DNA of 60,636 bases, counting the filler, from Sphacelaria rigidula (taxonomy: Eukaryota): assembly GCA_964200075.2 (NCBI GenBank). It is 9 parts of 9 records of this genome, joined end to end, with 100 filler letters (N's around TTAATTAATTAA, not from the genome) between each part and the next. Parts side by side here need not be neighbours in the genome. Positions count along the whole stretch, not along the records: positions 33,745 to 40,392 come from CAXNAA020018836.1; positions 40,493 to 47,140 come from CAXNAA020018837.1; positions 47,241 to 53,888 come from CAXNAA020018838.1; 6 more parts are not named here. The stretch is one strand, 5' to 3'. Position numbers and translations under genes: made by a program. Each line of letters starts with the position of its first letter. The stretch's first letter is position 1. Positions 39,330 to 53,600 of this stretch are shown piece after piece. The notes below the pieces were generated by a model. The model saw only the letters and a program-made list of their open reading frames with translations, did no database searches and had not been told where the DNA came from.

Positions 39330-39840
39330 CAAATTACCAAATCCACGATTTTTCAGGCCTGGTTTCTCAACAGGGAGAAGAAAAGTTTACCCGTGGTCAG
39401 AAAGGTCTCCACGCAGTTTTTGCGCCATTCCACCTGCCTGGGCTGCGCGTACTGGGGTTGCAATGCTGAAAACAAAGCTTACGGAATGATTCGTACCGTA
39501 CGAGTCAATGACACTAAAATCAAGTAATTTCCAGACGGATCATTAATTCGTCCGACCCGTGGTATACATGCGTGTCACTTGTTATAATGGGTATCTGAGC
39601 CGTCTTTCATGGGGTTTGTTTCACGACGCCGCGACGGAAACGTGCAGATTTTTCATGTTCATATGCACAGTCTTTTATGCGATTTTTATGAACACCGTGC
39701 CCCCACGAAAGGCTGGTGATCATGCGATCTGGGTCGGTTCTCTCGCTGTAGAGTCTGGATTCGTGCATGGACTATGGAGCGCATACAGTTTCTTACGTCC
39801 TGTAGGGAGAGGGTACCTCGTGGAGGATCAGACAGCTACA

Positions 39841-40123
39841 GCCGCCGCGCCCCGGTGGTGTGATGGTTTGGCTGTCGCCATTCGGGTGGAGAGAACGAAG
39901 GCTCGATTGCCGATGTGCCGGGGTTTTTTGTAGTATGTGATTTCCACAGTGAAAAGCGTGATAGTGTTGGGAAACGAAGTGGTTGACTGAGCTTGTTTGA
40001 CGTGAGTTGACGCGGTGCGGGAGTGCTGACGCAATCCGTGAGACGAGAATGCAAGGCGTGTAGAGGGGAGAGAGGGGTTGATCCCTTGAGACCACGGACT
40101 CGTCCGAGGAGGGGTTCAAAGTG
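39841..40123 (+). mobile_element. tRNA-derived SINE, family A
   Basis: A-box-like TGGTGTGATGG and B-box-like GGCTCGATTGC. The body matches 57953-58249, and 3' fragments lie at about 13548, 28100 and 37541 (minus strand). Confidence 0.8.
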
Positions 40124-41892
40124 CCACCAATTAATAAAACATAATAATGAACAAGTAGTACTGTGGTAGCAAGGTGTTGGTCGTGGAAAGTGATACTCGT
40201 GGATGCTGTCTTGGGGGCTGGAAGTATGGAGCCCCAGGAACGTGAAAAACGTGCTCTCCACATCAGCTCCCTCTTCTAACGGTCTCAAATCTGTGAGAAG
40301 ACGGGGACGATCGAAAAGGTTCAAGGGTGGGACAAATTCGTCTGGATATTACTTGGTTTTAGTACAATTGATTCGACTCGTACGAATCAATCNNNNNNNN
40401 NNNNNNNNNNNNNNNNNNNNNNNNNNNNNNNNNNNNTTAATTAATTAANNNNNNNNNNNNNNNNNNNNNNNNNNNNNNNNNNNNNNNNNNNNTCCTTACA
40501 GCGCCACACGTCGAGCGCGCCGAGTAGCGTGAAAGGTGCGCTTTGGCGATTCTGACTCCGCGGTCGCACACCTTGCGACGGATTCGAGAGCCTTCTTCGA
40601 TTTGTTTCGGACACCATGATCTGTCCGACGTGTGCAAAGTTGTCATCTGTATAACTCGTCCCAGGCAAACGCAGTAGCTTCTCGTCGGTCCGCGCGATTT
40701 GAGTCTCATAGATATTAGAAGCTACCCCTTACCCGTAGAGTCCGAATTTAGACCACAAAAAACAGTTTCGTTTTCCGCACCTGAAAGATACGGATCAAGT
40801 ATACAAGAAGAATATTCAGGATTCCTCACCTGCCAACCTGTATGACCCGGGTATACTGTGAGTGTTCCCAAGTCCGTAGGTTGACGGTAGCAACCCGGGC
40901 AAATGGAACATGAACAACGTATGTCTACTCGCAAGAATGATTGACGGAGTATACGAGTACCACAGTGGAGCATTGATCCTGCTCGCATGCTCAACAGAGT
41001 GTACACGTGTGGGATGTGCCATGAGGCTAAGGAGCGAGATCATCTCGCACAGCACGCATTGCTTTGCTGATTGCAACACCCACCCAGTCCACACTCAAAT
41101 ATGCTCTGCGTATCCGTATACCACCTACTTGAGCACACCTGTGTAATCCGAATCAGGTGTACTCGAAACGCCAATAACAACCAGAGTCCCCTCACAACTC
41201 GTGAAAGATGCCTCCCTCGTGATCGATGATACCCGGAACACGAGAACCGTTCCATAACTAGTTACATTGTCGTTCGAATCGTGTTTACATATGTTGACAC
41301 TCCACCCACATGGCCCGGGTGACACAGATGATCTGTCCAACGTGTAGGAGGTTTGGAGCACTGGGCATGTGGCATCAAATTTTGTGACGGACTGGTGGTG
41401 GATGGATTTCTCTTACCGTCTAGGCAACTGGTCTTGCGCAGTTTTGTGGTGGTGGTTGACATGTGTCTGTTTTGCTGGCGATGGCGCCGGTAGGGTTCAC
41501 GATTGCTGGGCAACAAATATGCAAATTGTCACTGTCGGTGTGTGCCCACGGGTAGCATACGTGCGTACTGCAGGGGGCTTCACCCGATATTCTTCATCCC
41601 TTCATGCTCTTCGTTGCTTCATGTCCAGCGCCTTTGACGGAGTCATCCTGCTCGCCCATGGAGCGGCGCGCATGCTGGTTGCGTCCCCTCTGCCATCGTA
41701 TGCCATGGCGTAGCTCGACGGTTACCTTAACGACATCGAAACTGCCGAAGTCAACAAGCTTCGCCTTTTTGCGTTCTGGCGGTGTGCCCGATGTTACATA
41801 CCCGACTTTTCATCTTGTGTGCTTCCTCCGTGAGTACTCGCTGCGTTCTTTGATTCCGTTTCCTTCGTATTTCATTTTTTTTATATGCACAG

Positions 41893-44602
41893 GTGAAAAA
41901 GAACGCGGCGGCGTGCGCAGATGAACTGGTGAAGAAGGGCTACACCATCTGTACCGGTGGAACAGAGAACCACCTTCTTCTTTGGTGAGCTCATGTAGTA
42001 CATGTATCTACACACTTTATGTGGGAAATTGGTTCAACTGTGGGGTAAACAAGACCATTTAAGTCCAAGTCTACGAAATACTTCTTTTCGACACCGTAAA
42101 ATGTTTTTGTTGCGATGGGTCTAGACGGGGTCAAAGTTTCGGCTTCTGTAGCAACAATCGTTGATGATCGCTTTCTCATGTTCTGTTCAGACTAATGATG
42201 TGTACCGTGCCATGTCCAGCACGCGTCGCACATTTTTGCTGAAAATTTACTGACCGCCCGAGTTTCTTGTTTCGGGCTTGTACTTTTTTTGCTCATAGAT
42301 TTATAGGTAGCCCACTCGCTGTTTCCAAGTGTCCGTTGGCCTAGGGGTTGGGCATCATGTCAGACCGCTGGGGGACTGAAGGAATACCGTGATGAGGTTG
42401 ACTGGGCCGGTATGATGGTCCGGTCTGATGCGCCTGGGTCATGAGTGAGGTGTCGGGTCAATGGAGGTGATGATCCACACCCTGGACAAAAGATACGGAC
42501 TAAGTCGGTTGCTTCAACGATACACAGGGGGGAAACCTATCGATTTATATATATATATTATCGAAGACAGTAGATGGTGAAACACATATATTCATGTGTA
42601 TGCAAGAATAGGTGTTGCAAGCGTCGATCATTCGTCTAATGCAAAAACACTAGCGTGTGTCGCTTTTGTTGAATATTAGGCACGTCTAATATGAGAGCAC
42701 GGCTGGATCCCTGGAGGATCAGTTGATATGCGACAATCGATCAATCGGCAATATTACTGGCCATAGATGGACATTGTATGCCGCAATAGATTTTGGGTCA
42801 TCTATCTATTTTTATCCTTGTTGAAAAGATTTGGCCAGCAACCCATCGTTTGGTGAGCCATCTATCGATGCTGTCATCAATCGAAGTGGCATACAATCTC
42901 CCGATTGCCTTTGCCGCCCACAAATTAATTTGGGAGTTTCTATCGTTAACCAGTGTCGAGGGTGGATTATTGCAGGGAGCATCTATCGATACCTTGCAGT
43001 CGGTATATTTACCTATACGATTCACTGTAGTGGTCTTTCGGCATCAACAGCAATACTCCCATCAACACTTGACTACCTGAGGCGCCAGCTGGTGACAGTT
43101 TTTGTGGAAGGTGGAGATATCCACCACACAGTATGTACCAATAGCTATTGACGGAACCTATTCAGCCTCAATTGTGGCCAGCAACAGATATTGGTGGCCG
43201 CGATGCAGGCCCTTTTGTGATCAGCGACAGTCATGTTCTATTTCTATTTTTAGAGTGTTTTTGTGATCAAATGAGTATGATGGATATCGGTTCTTGCTGC
43301 AAAGGTGGACCTTTCCCCCGTTTTTTTTTTATCGTGAACGGGTCATTTGTTTTGGCGGGTTGTGGGAAATCATGTCCCAGGGATCTTCGACCGCAGGCGT
43401 TGACCGGATCTAAGATGGAGAAGATCTGCGACAAGGTTCACATCACCCTCAACAAGAACGCTGTGCAGGTAGGATGCAACTCCAAGTGTAGGAGCGATGT
43501 TGGTCATGCCCGCGTCGATGATGCAGACAGCGGAGTTGGAAGTCGTGCCTGCGTAAGTAGGCGGGAAAGAGTGCGTCTTGTTTCTGTTCGGGCCGTATTT
43601 TCCTCATGGTGACGGTAACATACAATTCGACGAGGCGAAGCGTCCCATGGAAATTTTGAAATTAATCCTGAGTTGCCACCGATGTCTCTCCTCAGGGTTC
43701 GTTCTCGGGGTAGAACTGGGAGGGTTCGCATCCTGGCCTGGAGCACCAACTTCGTTGATCATCTGAGTTCTTCTGGCTCGTCTTCTTTCTTCCCGAAACT
43801 CTCTAATATCACTCATGCAATAAAATGAGGAAATTGTTCCGAAATGATATTCCTTGGCGGCGTCTTCACGCACTCATATAGTTTGTTTCCTCGGACGCAC
43901 TAGTATTGAGGCTGTCGAGGTCATCCCTTACGTATCGTTCATGACCCTATCTTCAGTTCGGCCTGCACCCATGATGTGTTGGTTGACTCGTGTATCCTGA
44001 TTTGCGTTTGCACCGTTTTTTGCGCCGGGATAGGGCGACAGATCTGCGGTATCGCCTGGCGGTGTCCGTGTGGGTACGCCCGCCCTGACCACCCGCGGCA
44101 TGAAGGAAGCCGAGTTCCGCAAGATCGCTGACTTCATGGACAAGGCGGCGCAGATCGCGCTTAGGATCCAGAAGACCTCTGGAAAGATGCTCAAGGATTT
44201 CGTCATCGCGATCGAGGTACAACTACGCCCGTCCATGTACACGTGTAGTGTAAGTGTGTGGATGCACCACATTTTTTTTTTTCATTTCTTGTCTCCTCGT
44301 CGTGCCTGCTCACTCAATGTTATTCCGTGTTATTTCTCCATGACTTTTGTATCCGCAGGTACACGGTCATGGATTTTTCTTTCGTCCTTCCATGTCTTGC
44401 CTGGTTCGTGTCCGTGGCTCCTCTACTGTCTGCGTGACTTTATTGACAAATACCGAACCCCCTCATTCTCGATGTCTTCGGCAATGTCCAGGAGGATGCG
44501 GACGTGAAAGCCCTGGGTGACGAGGTGGTCGCCTTCGCTCAGCAGTGGCCCATGCCAGGCTTTGAGTCTTCCGAGCTCAAGTTCAAGGCTATGGACCACT
44601 AA
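41893..44602 (+). CDS. SHMT: Serine hydroxymethyltransferase, 3' part; exons 41893-41984, 43381-43468, 44034-44216, 44492-44602
   Basis: The spliced product reads [85 protein letters not shown]...|...[10 protein letters not shown]...stop. Phases 2,0,0 are consistent. Confidence 0.96.
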
Positions 44603-47256
44603 GTTCGCGACAACCCGCGGTCGGACACGTGACTGTCAGCACACCTGTCTTTGTATCTCGTACAGCCCATGGTCATGCGATGGTATTTCGGTTGAAGCGA
44701 TGAAAAGTGAGGGATGCCCTGTAGACTTGGTACGTACCTCGTGAGGCGTACGCTTGCCAGCTTTTCCCCGGTAATTTTTGGTCTTTTCAAGGAAGGCTGT
44801 CCAAGGAATTCAAGGAGGTGTATGGGTTAGTAGATGCGAGTTAACCCTCTGACCGCCAGTGTGGGTCATGTGTTGGATCGGCATAGTTTCACTTGGAATA
44901 ATATCTGCAAGATCCGTATGGTCCTCTCTGGTGGTGAAAATACTGAGGCCCAGCTAGCTATATCTTCTTTTCGAGTGGAAGTGCGATGTGATGTTGCGGT
45001 TCCAGTGTCGCGACAGGCGTGAAGATTTTAGATGTAGTATCTTGGATTTATATGTTGGAGAGCATGAGCTACGAGCACCGCGTAGCTGGAGTTTTCCCCT
45101 CCCCACAGCACATCGCGCGTTTCACATCTCTCAGTGTGGTTGAGCTGATCTTTGCTTGAGTTACCTCAAGGTGAAGTCAGATGAAGATGTGAAGAACGTC
45201 CCTAGTTGTGGGCAGGAGGATTGTGACGGGGCAATTCCTGCCTGGGCAGAAGTTAACTCGTTGCAACGAACGCACCTCGAAATGTTTCGCTTGGATGCGG
45301 CACCGTGCTGTCCCCCATGCGGGAGGCACCTGGTCGTTGTATCTTTGCCAAGCGCTACTGTGCGGTGTTCGTGCGTCGACCTCAGTCGTGGGAAACGTAG
45401 TTTTCTTGTTTTCCATTTATGTTTGTTTTAGTTGCAGATTCATTCCGAGAGTTTTACTCGTGTGTGGTGTTGGTTGTTTTGACGCTTTCTCTTGTCGGCC
45501 ATAATAAACGACAGAAGCCACCATTTCCCCCTGTTCGTCACTTGCGGAGTGAACCACGAGTAGCTGGTTTGACTTGTTTTGTTGGTCTGAAGATTGAGAG
45601 TGAAAAGCAGTCAATCAGTGAATGAATCGTTTCAGTTCCGAAATGCACTTCCACNNNNNNNNNNGTTGAAGAAAAGCACACGTGGAATAAAAAAATGACT
45701 CACTTGAAGCGAATGATCAAAGCCATTCTCAATCGAAGATTACTTGATCTCACGCAAACGTTATGTGCACAACCCAGTGCGAAGCAAGCTATGTCAGCGT
45801 ATACACTCGGAAAAGACGCGAGGAAGACATGTTTGTTCGGAGGTGAGGGAAAATATGTCGAGAGTTCCATCGACTGTGTTGCCCATCGGTTCACCTCAAC
45901 TTTGAGATTTGGACTTTCAAATTTAAATAAAGGAAAAACAGAAGCATATGAGACGGGGTCTGCTAACCAAGAACTCGGTCTAGGTTAGCCCTGCCTTTGT
46001 TCTTGTGTCTGTCGCGCTGAACAATGCAAAGATCGATTCCTTTCCGCCTGTCTGGACACAACGTCCATCTGTGCGGCACAGAACACGTCGTCGAAAAACA
46101 TGGCGATTTTTCCGCTCCGTCCTCACACATGGGTGAGAGCAATGGCGGTTGCGCCGAGATCCAATCGCGTGTGAGGAGTGTCGTCGTGAGTGTCGCGTAT
46201 GGCCTGCTGCGAAAAGGACAGTAGTAAAGACAACGGTTATGGACATGTAGTAAACAACCCACAATAACGACGACATTCTTGACATGCCCAGTGAAACAAG
46301 ACACTTCGGTCGATAGCTTCGCTGCTGCAGCCGCAGCCTACACGGGGGCTGTGGCACCTTTTTCAATGTACAGTCGATGAGCACTGTGGGGAGATGAGGT
46401 ACCCTCGATCGTCCATATTTACTCTGCCGAGGCCACCACACATCGTTTGCCTGAGATGATGTGTAATTCAACCACGAGCTTCAACCACGAGCAAAGGAGC
46501 TCTCGTTGGATGAAGACTATACTTGCCGTTTTGATTTGTAGCCCAAGCCGTTGAGCGCCGACCAGAAAAGTCTCATCTGCGATGGCTCGGGTTCGCTTCA
46601 AGGAGTCCAGCAGCAGCCAGCCGAGAGAGATGCCTATACTAGTACATGAAATGTACTCTCTCTGATCGGTAGAATGAGCAAGGTTTGGATTTCCGGTAAT
46701 ATAAGCTAGGTGTGTATGATATTGACAGGAACGTGCCATTTGGGCACCGTGCCGTGGCCGTCGGACAACTTTGGCGAATGATCGGATATCACGATGGAGG
46801 GAAAAAAAAATCCTCTCGATGGGGGGTGGGTGGTGGTGCGTCACTATCCCCTGATCGAGGAAACGGTGAAATCTGGACCGTGCCGCAGAATCACGTCCTT
46901 GTTGCCGACGAGAAGAAGTCGAATCAGATGTTCTCTCTCCGAAACGTTGAAATTCTTGCGTTTCTGTCCCTGAGAGGCACTCCCGGCAGCGGGACATGTT
47001 CCACCAACAAATGGGAAGGCGCAAAGTCGGGGTGATGGAAGCGGGCGCCATCTGCTGCGATGGAACCCACTTTTCTCCTAACAACAGCCAATCATCTATG
47101 TTGAGGATGGTGCTTTTGATTGAGGATGAGAACCCGGAGGNNNNNNNNNNNNNNNNNNNNNNNNNNNNNNNNNNNNNNNNNNNNTTAATTAATTAANNNN
47201 NNNNNNNNNNNNNNNNNNNNNNNNNNNNNNNNNNNNNNNNCCCCCCCTAAAAACCT

Positions 47257-47287
<31 letters not shown>

Positions 47288-50200
47288 GTCCCCCCCCCCC
47301 CCCCCCCCCCTCCCCTGATGATCCACGCTGTCGTGTTTGTTCCACTGCTTGGGCTGTTGCCGACGGTCTCGTCCACGTGATCGTTGATACTGGAGAGTGA
47401 TCCGTTGCGTAGGTATAGCATGATGTTAGTTTGAACGTAGGTACTTACTCATGGCCATTAATCAACAGCAAGCAGTTTAGCCAACAACTCTCTCGACTAC
47501 GGACCTGAGTGCTGAAGGGGTCAATGTACTTAGGATATCACATTGCGAAACGCCAGCCACACAGCACACACCATCAGAAAATATATAATTTTCGCTTTGC
47601 ATTTCTCGAAAATTGTTTACTCTTGGCGTTACAGTCGTAACACATGTGGTGCTCGATTGGACAGCGTGACACCTAGGCAAAGCGAACTGGGAGGTGTCTT
47701 AACCTCTACGGTTGCGAAGACAGATGGAAAGCCCAAAGTGAAAGGATACGAATCAGTCAGTCAACCGCGGCATTTTCACCCAGTACGGGGCCGATTCACG
47801 CGTGGGTTGGTGCGACAACAAGTGCTGAGGGTGTCGCAACATCCCTCCAGTGGGCTTTGTCCGGACGGTCGTCTTCGTTGTCGAGAGATGGTTTGGAGAC
47901 TCCGTGCAGAAGCCGAAAATTACCAATACGGTAGGCAGGTAAGGCTGTATACTAGTGATGACCATTCACCCCCAAACACTGGCCGACAGGTTGTCCGCCG
48001 ATTTTGGATCGATATTCTATGAAAAGGCGGTGCACATGAATCCTGGCGTACTCGCATGTGAACGTGTGAGTGCATACCTCATGAGGGCCAACGTCGAGAT
48101 TGACCTCGATAAGGGCCATGAGTCCTGCAAAACAATCTGGGCTCCGTTGATGGATTTCTGGCCTCTGCACGGCAATGTCGTAGATAAATGAAGCCAACCA
48201 TACAACTTTTGAGAACACATGGGCACTGGCGAACAACACGAGAACCTCAACCATTGGCTGAAACGAGTGACAACCATTCGAGAAGCTCAAAGCGCTTGAC
48301 GTGTGACAGTATGGGTAGGTGAATGCGAAAAACGAAACATGCGCGTGCACAACCTAGACAAGAGATGACACTGTCAAAAGGCGTACTCGTGCAGTGTGGA
48401 ATCTATTGTCCGTTGTAAATAGACGCCGTAGTCGATACTGTAAGCAGTACACATCTTCACAATGTAATCTATTGTCAGGGTGTGCACGCGTGATGATTCC
48501 TGCCCCCTCAACGACGGCAAAACCAAGGACCCGAAACTTAAAATTCACGAACCCGTGAATCCCTGTAAACCGGAACATCATGATGGATGGGCATGAGATG
48601 GTGGACCCGTCAAGAGATATTTCAAGCTGAAAAACTGCAAAAGCATGAAGTTGTATCTGTGAAAAATGCGTAGAGAACCCCGAACAGCATCACGAAATTG
48701 AAGAAAATGGACGGAGGTTGGTGTCAGCAAGAACAGCCGCCTGATAATCGCGCAAACCGTCAAAATGTGCGTCTGTGACTTGATTGGTGTGAACGTGTGG
48801 CGGTATTACGCAAGTACAGTGCAGCACGCGCGCGGGGGAACACGAGGCGCAAGGGATCAGGGTGCAAGCGCAACCCACGCTCATCGTGAGGTTTGTACAG
48901 AAGGCGCCGAGGCCGTTCGTTCCGCACAATCCAAGGAAACACGTACAGCACAACATGCCACAGACGCGATCAGGCTAGACTAGGATCGCCTCGCCCATGC
49001 AAAAACTGGGGTATCTCGTCCCTCCCCTGAGTGCTCCGTCTCGAAAGGGATGCGTGGTCAATGGTCAAACGACTTAAGGCAAGCAACAAATGAGTACGCC
49101 CCCCCCTGAGAACTCTCAGTTTGCGTTCTTACCCGCGTGGTCGAACATAGTAGAGCACCGTACACAAGTCGGGCACCGGCAGGCTGTTACCACGGAGATG
49201 TTTTCATCAAGACATGAGGAGAAGAAAATATGCACCATTGTGTTTTCTTGTGAGACTACAGCAGTAGAACTCTCAGGGGATCCTCAAAGAATCAGTGATT
49301 CAGTTTCACCGGGAATCTGAGTATCATGCATGAAGTCATCACCAAGATATGTGTCTTCATTTTCGGCTCCGCACGTGGCCACATTTCCTACTACAGCCTC
49401 ACGCACAGCCTCACGCTTTGGGGGCGAACATACACGAGGTAAAGAGGACATAGCAGCGCCTTGCATCATTCTTGGTACCAGCGCGTGTGTAATTTTGTTG
49501 ATTTCGTGTTCGTGGTTTTGCATCAACGGCTTTTCCTTTTCATGGTGACAACGGTAGACTAGCGCTGAAACAGAATACTCACAAGAAACCAAGGGAGGCA
49601 TTGTCATCCCTGAAATTTTGTGCTGCTAGAGAGCGGTGTTTTGTTTCGTTTCTGCTTTATTTTCCCCTCTAGCCAGGTCGTTCGTCATTACGTTATTCTC
49701 TAGCCAAGCTCCCCCCCTGCCTAACCCCCGATTGCGAGCCTGGTCCGGAGAAAACCCGGCTTGCTCCACCTTGGCTTCGTAGGGATGCGAGGTCAATGGT
49801 TGTATGATTGCGGCATACAAAAAAATGAGTACACCCCCCCCCCCCCCCCCCCCCCCCCAGCCACCCCCCCCCTTCCCCCTCCACCTCAACAANNNNNNNN
49901 NNCAGGTGGGGTTAGGGCGGGCGGAGAGATGTTTTGTGGTGTGCACAGAAAAAAAAAAAAAGAACCCCCCCCCCCCCCCCCGCCCCTGGTCAAACCCTCC
50001 CCTGGTCAAACGACTATGGCAAGGAACAAATGAGTACGCCCCCACCCCCCCTCCCCTCCCTCTCCTTGAGGGTTGGCGTCGGTTTGCAACGGCGCTGTTA
50101 AACACGTCACTCACTGCGTCAGCTAGGCCACCAGGTTACCGGGGGGTTTTCGCTTGCGTTTTTGGGCGGTAACCATGATGGTTGTCGAGTTCATATCATA

Positions 50201-50615
50201 TTGTATGGGGTGGAGAGCCTGAACTCCGCGCAAGGGCATGATCATACCAAGTAGTGTTTGAATGGTGAGACACCCATGAGGCAGTGTGTCACCCTTGGTT
50301 GTCTTTGGAAGTAGAGATACCAGAATATGAAGCAACTCATTGTAGGCTATCATCCAAGTGCAAGATAATCAGTACGCTTTGGGTTGAACGATCTTAGCAG
50401 GAGGCAGCTCACCCTTCATGCGACTTGCCGAACACATCACAGCGCTTGGCGCTCGGCACTTGGTGATAGCGAGCCCGACCCGGCGAAAACCCGGCGTGCT
50501 CCGTCCCGGGTTAGTAGGGATGCGAGGTCAACGGTCTTATGACCACCGCATGCAGAATCATCAATCCCCCCCGCCCCTCCTTCCCCCCTGCGCGCGCTCT
50601 CGAAAACACATGAAG

Positions 50616-53600
50616 GCCTTGCTATGGGAGAGAATGGTGTTCTTATCTTTGCCCTTTTGGAAGTTCGCCGCCCCGCTGGTACGGGCGCGTTTTCCTCACA
50701 CGAAGGGCGTCGCCCCCGATGCTTTTTACCGGGTGTTGAATCGAGTCCCCCCAGGATTGATACGTGTCGACGCCGAGGAGGTTACTTATCCACTTCAAGT
50801 CATCCTTAGGTGAGCAAACCTAATACACGCAGGGTGGATGACGTCGTGCCCTGGAGGGGGAAGGGGCAATACTGCCCTGCCAAGAATATTGTGGGTACGG
50901 TAGACAAATTACTGCGCGCTAGTTCTATGAGTCATCATGGACGAAACCATGGTTGTAAACTATGGGCTTCATCGCACAATCCGTCCTGTGACTTCATGAA
51001 CCCTCTTCTGGAGATGGTCTTACTGATAATGCAGGTTTTGTTATTCTCATTACATTCGTATTTACCTGCATAGCCCTTATCCTATAACGAGAGCTCCCCA
51101 CGGTTCCCTTTATCGAATGCTCATGGTGCATGATTCTACAGGATCGTACACGATTATCACCCGAAGTTCTGCCATCAGCAAATACCTGCCACGAACCCTA
51201 TTGTTCTCACCTTCGTCCACTCCGTCGTCCTCAGAATCTTCGCCTTTTTCGTATCCGATAATTGGCAGCTCGATTACTGACGTGCAGCAGAGGTCGCCGT
51301 TGATGTCTCCAGCAAGGAAACGGTTAAATCGGGTATTGCAACTGCAGTTGTCGTTTGCCCATCTTGAGCAGGAAAATACGTGATCACTGATGACCGGTGA
51401 TCAGTTCTTTTCCTGGTCAAGATGGGCAAACGACAACTGCGGTTGTAATATCCTCTTTACACGTCTCCTAGCTGAAGACATCAAGGGCGACCTCTGCTGC
51501 ACGTCAGTAATCAAGCTGCCAATAATCGGACACGAAAAAGGCGAAGATTCTGATGACGATGGAGAGGACGAAGTTGAGAATAGTTCTCTAATAGTCGTAC
51601 AAATGGTTTCATACTGACTGCTATGGGGACTGAAGACGATAGCGTAGCGGGATTTCTGTTCAAGGCCTTAGCGGTGGGGCTGAGGATAAAAATATACCTG
51701 GATCAACACTCAACGCTCTTTAAATTATTCTGGAATTACAATTGCGAATTCCCAAACCAATCTCTACCCGATTTCGACGTGCTTCGAGTCGCAGTAACCA
51801 GCATCAACTCGGGGATCCAACGGAAGAAACAGATTTGAAAAAGGCTACTATGGGGGCGGATTACAGCCGAAACTGTGGTGTTTTCGGTTATATGTGTCGT
51901 GTGACTTTCATTGTTTACCTGCACCAAAGACCCCCAAAAAGCCCCCTGGCGGTTTCCTTATGCCTGTCGTATAAAAGCTCCGACTGCTCTCAAACTTGGC
52001 ACTTGGGCAGGTATTTGTGTTTTAAAATGAAAACAAATATTTTTTCACAAAATATTTCAAAGTTTTTCAGCTCTTGACCGACCTCCGGGGGGTAACGGCA
52101 TGATGACCCCCGAAAATCGGTTGAGAATGCCTGCAAACGAAAAAGAAGTGTACGCGTCCCGGGGTAGTCCAAAGAATATACGAACTTTCGTTCCGTAACT
52201 CAAAAATATTTTGCAATCGGACCGCTTTCACCTTTGAAGTTCGATTTCGATACTCAAATCGAGAAGTTAGGAGTTTGTGCGTTTTGAGCTCACTCCATCG
52301 CACAAGAGCCAAACAGTTGACGCTGTTTTTTCGGAGTTCGAGTCTGAAAAATTGAAAACATGTACCACGGGTCATGACAAAATTTTCCTAGATCGGGGTC
52401 TGTCCAGTTTTCGCCGGTTTCCGGGGTACGATGAGAGCATGTGATCCGCCAGGACCCTGGGACCACCGATACCCGGTGAAGAACATATACATCGAAGGAC
52501 CCCAATCTCCACAAGTTGCGTAATGATCCATAATATATATGTGCATTTTTTCAGAGTCTAACTTCGAAAAACGGCGTGACTTTTTGCGGGTGAGTGAATT
52601 CTCGGTGACAAGCGTAGACAAGCCCATAGGAGATTTTGTATTCGTCAGGTGCTTTACGGAATGGCGTTCGTGGATCTTCCGTTAGAAGCATGTTGGTGAC
52701 GAGACGTGCTCGAGCACCAAGGCAGCAGCAGCAACGACAGCAACAGTAACAATAGCAATAACAACGGCAACATAAACAGAGATGGTATGTGAATAGTTGT
52801 GTCTACGGAGCACGGCTATGAGGTACGTTTGACATGAGCAGTAAACACGTACCAAGCCGATGTTGAACGCGTGTTGTTCAGTCTGCGGCATTAGTGTATC
52901 TGATACCTATTCCTCATTTCAGGTGTTGCGCCTTCTTTGGATACTGACAATGAGTGCGCGTTTCAGTGTGCCGACGGCGTGACAATGAATCGAAATGCTA
53001 AGGGTGAATCGCGCCATCACCCCGTGGCAAAGTTATTCTCGGAACGTTATCGCTAGCTGATCTTCAACGACAATAACCCGGACGGTATACTGGCCGAGCA
53101 GCTCCCCTATCTGCGAGAACCCTTCTAAGTGACAGCACCCCGTATATTCCATGACCCTTGACCCTCAAGTCATGCGTGTTGTTCGATTAGAGGAGTTGTT
53201 GATGTGTTTCCCATGGTCCATGTTGGTTTTTGTTTGAGGGTGAGTGGCTACCACAAGGTAAATCCTCGGAATGACGCACAAAGCGGCGCATACTGAGTAA
53301 TGTCCATTCCCCTGATCCATAGCCCCCCCCCCACCCCCCTCCTGCCCCCGTCAACCCATGCGCCTACCACGCACCTTCAGATATCCACCTGCCCACGCAC
53401 CGCACCCACTGCATCCCATTTGACTCCCCCCTGTATCTGCCCAGCAATTGTTTCGCCCGGGTGATAACTTCGCGCGTCTCGTAGGTTTGAGATCGAGCAG
53501 GGACTGATGGACGGGACTATTTCGTTTTCTGACGTGCCCAAGTTGTGGGGCGAAAAGATGGAGGAGATGCTTGGCGTGAGCCTTCCGGGGGATGCAGAGG

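Noticed and set aside
47955..48191. GHESC as the M32 HESQ exon
   Set aside because: No preceding HEXXH, no suitable donor, and the flanking residues do not fit M32.
51020..51110. DKGY motif suggesting a Harbinger transposase (minus strand)
   Set aside because: It is preceded by a stop and lacks the other expected motifs; four residues are not enough.
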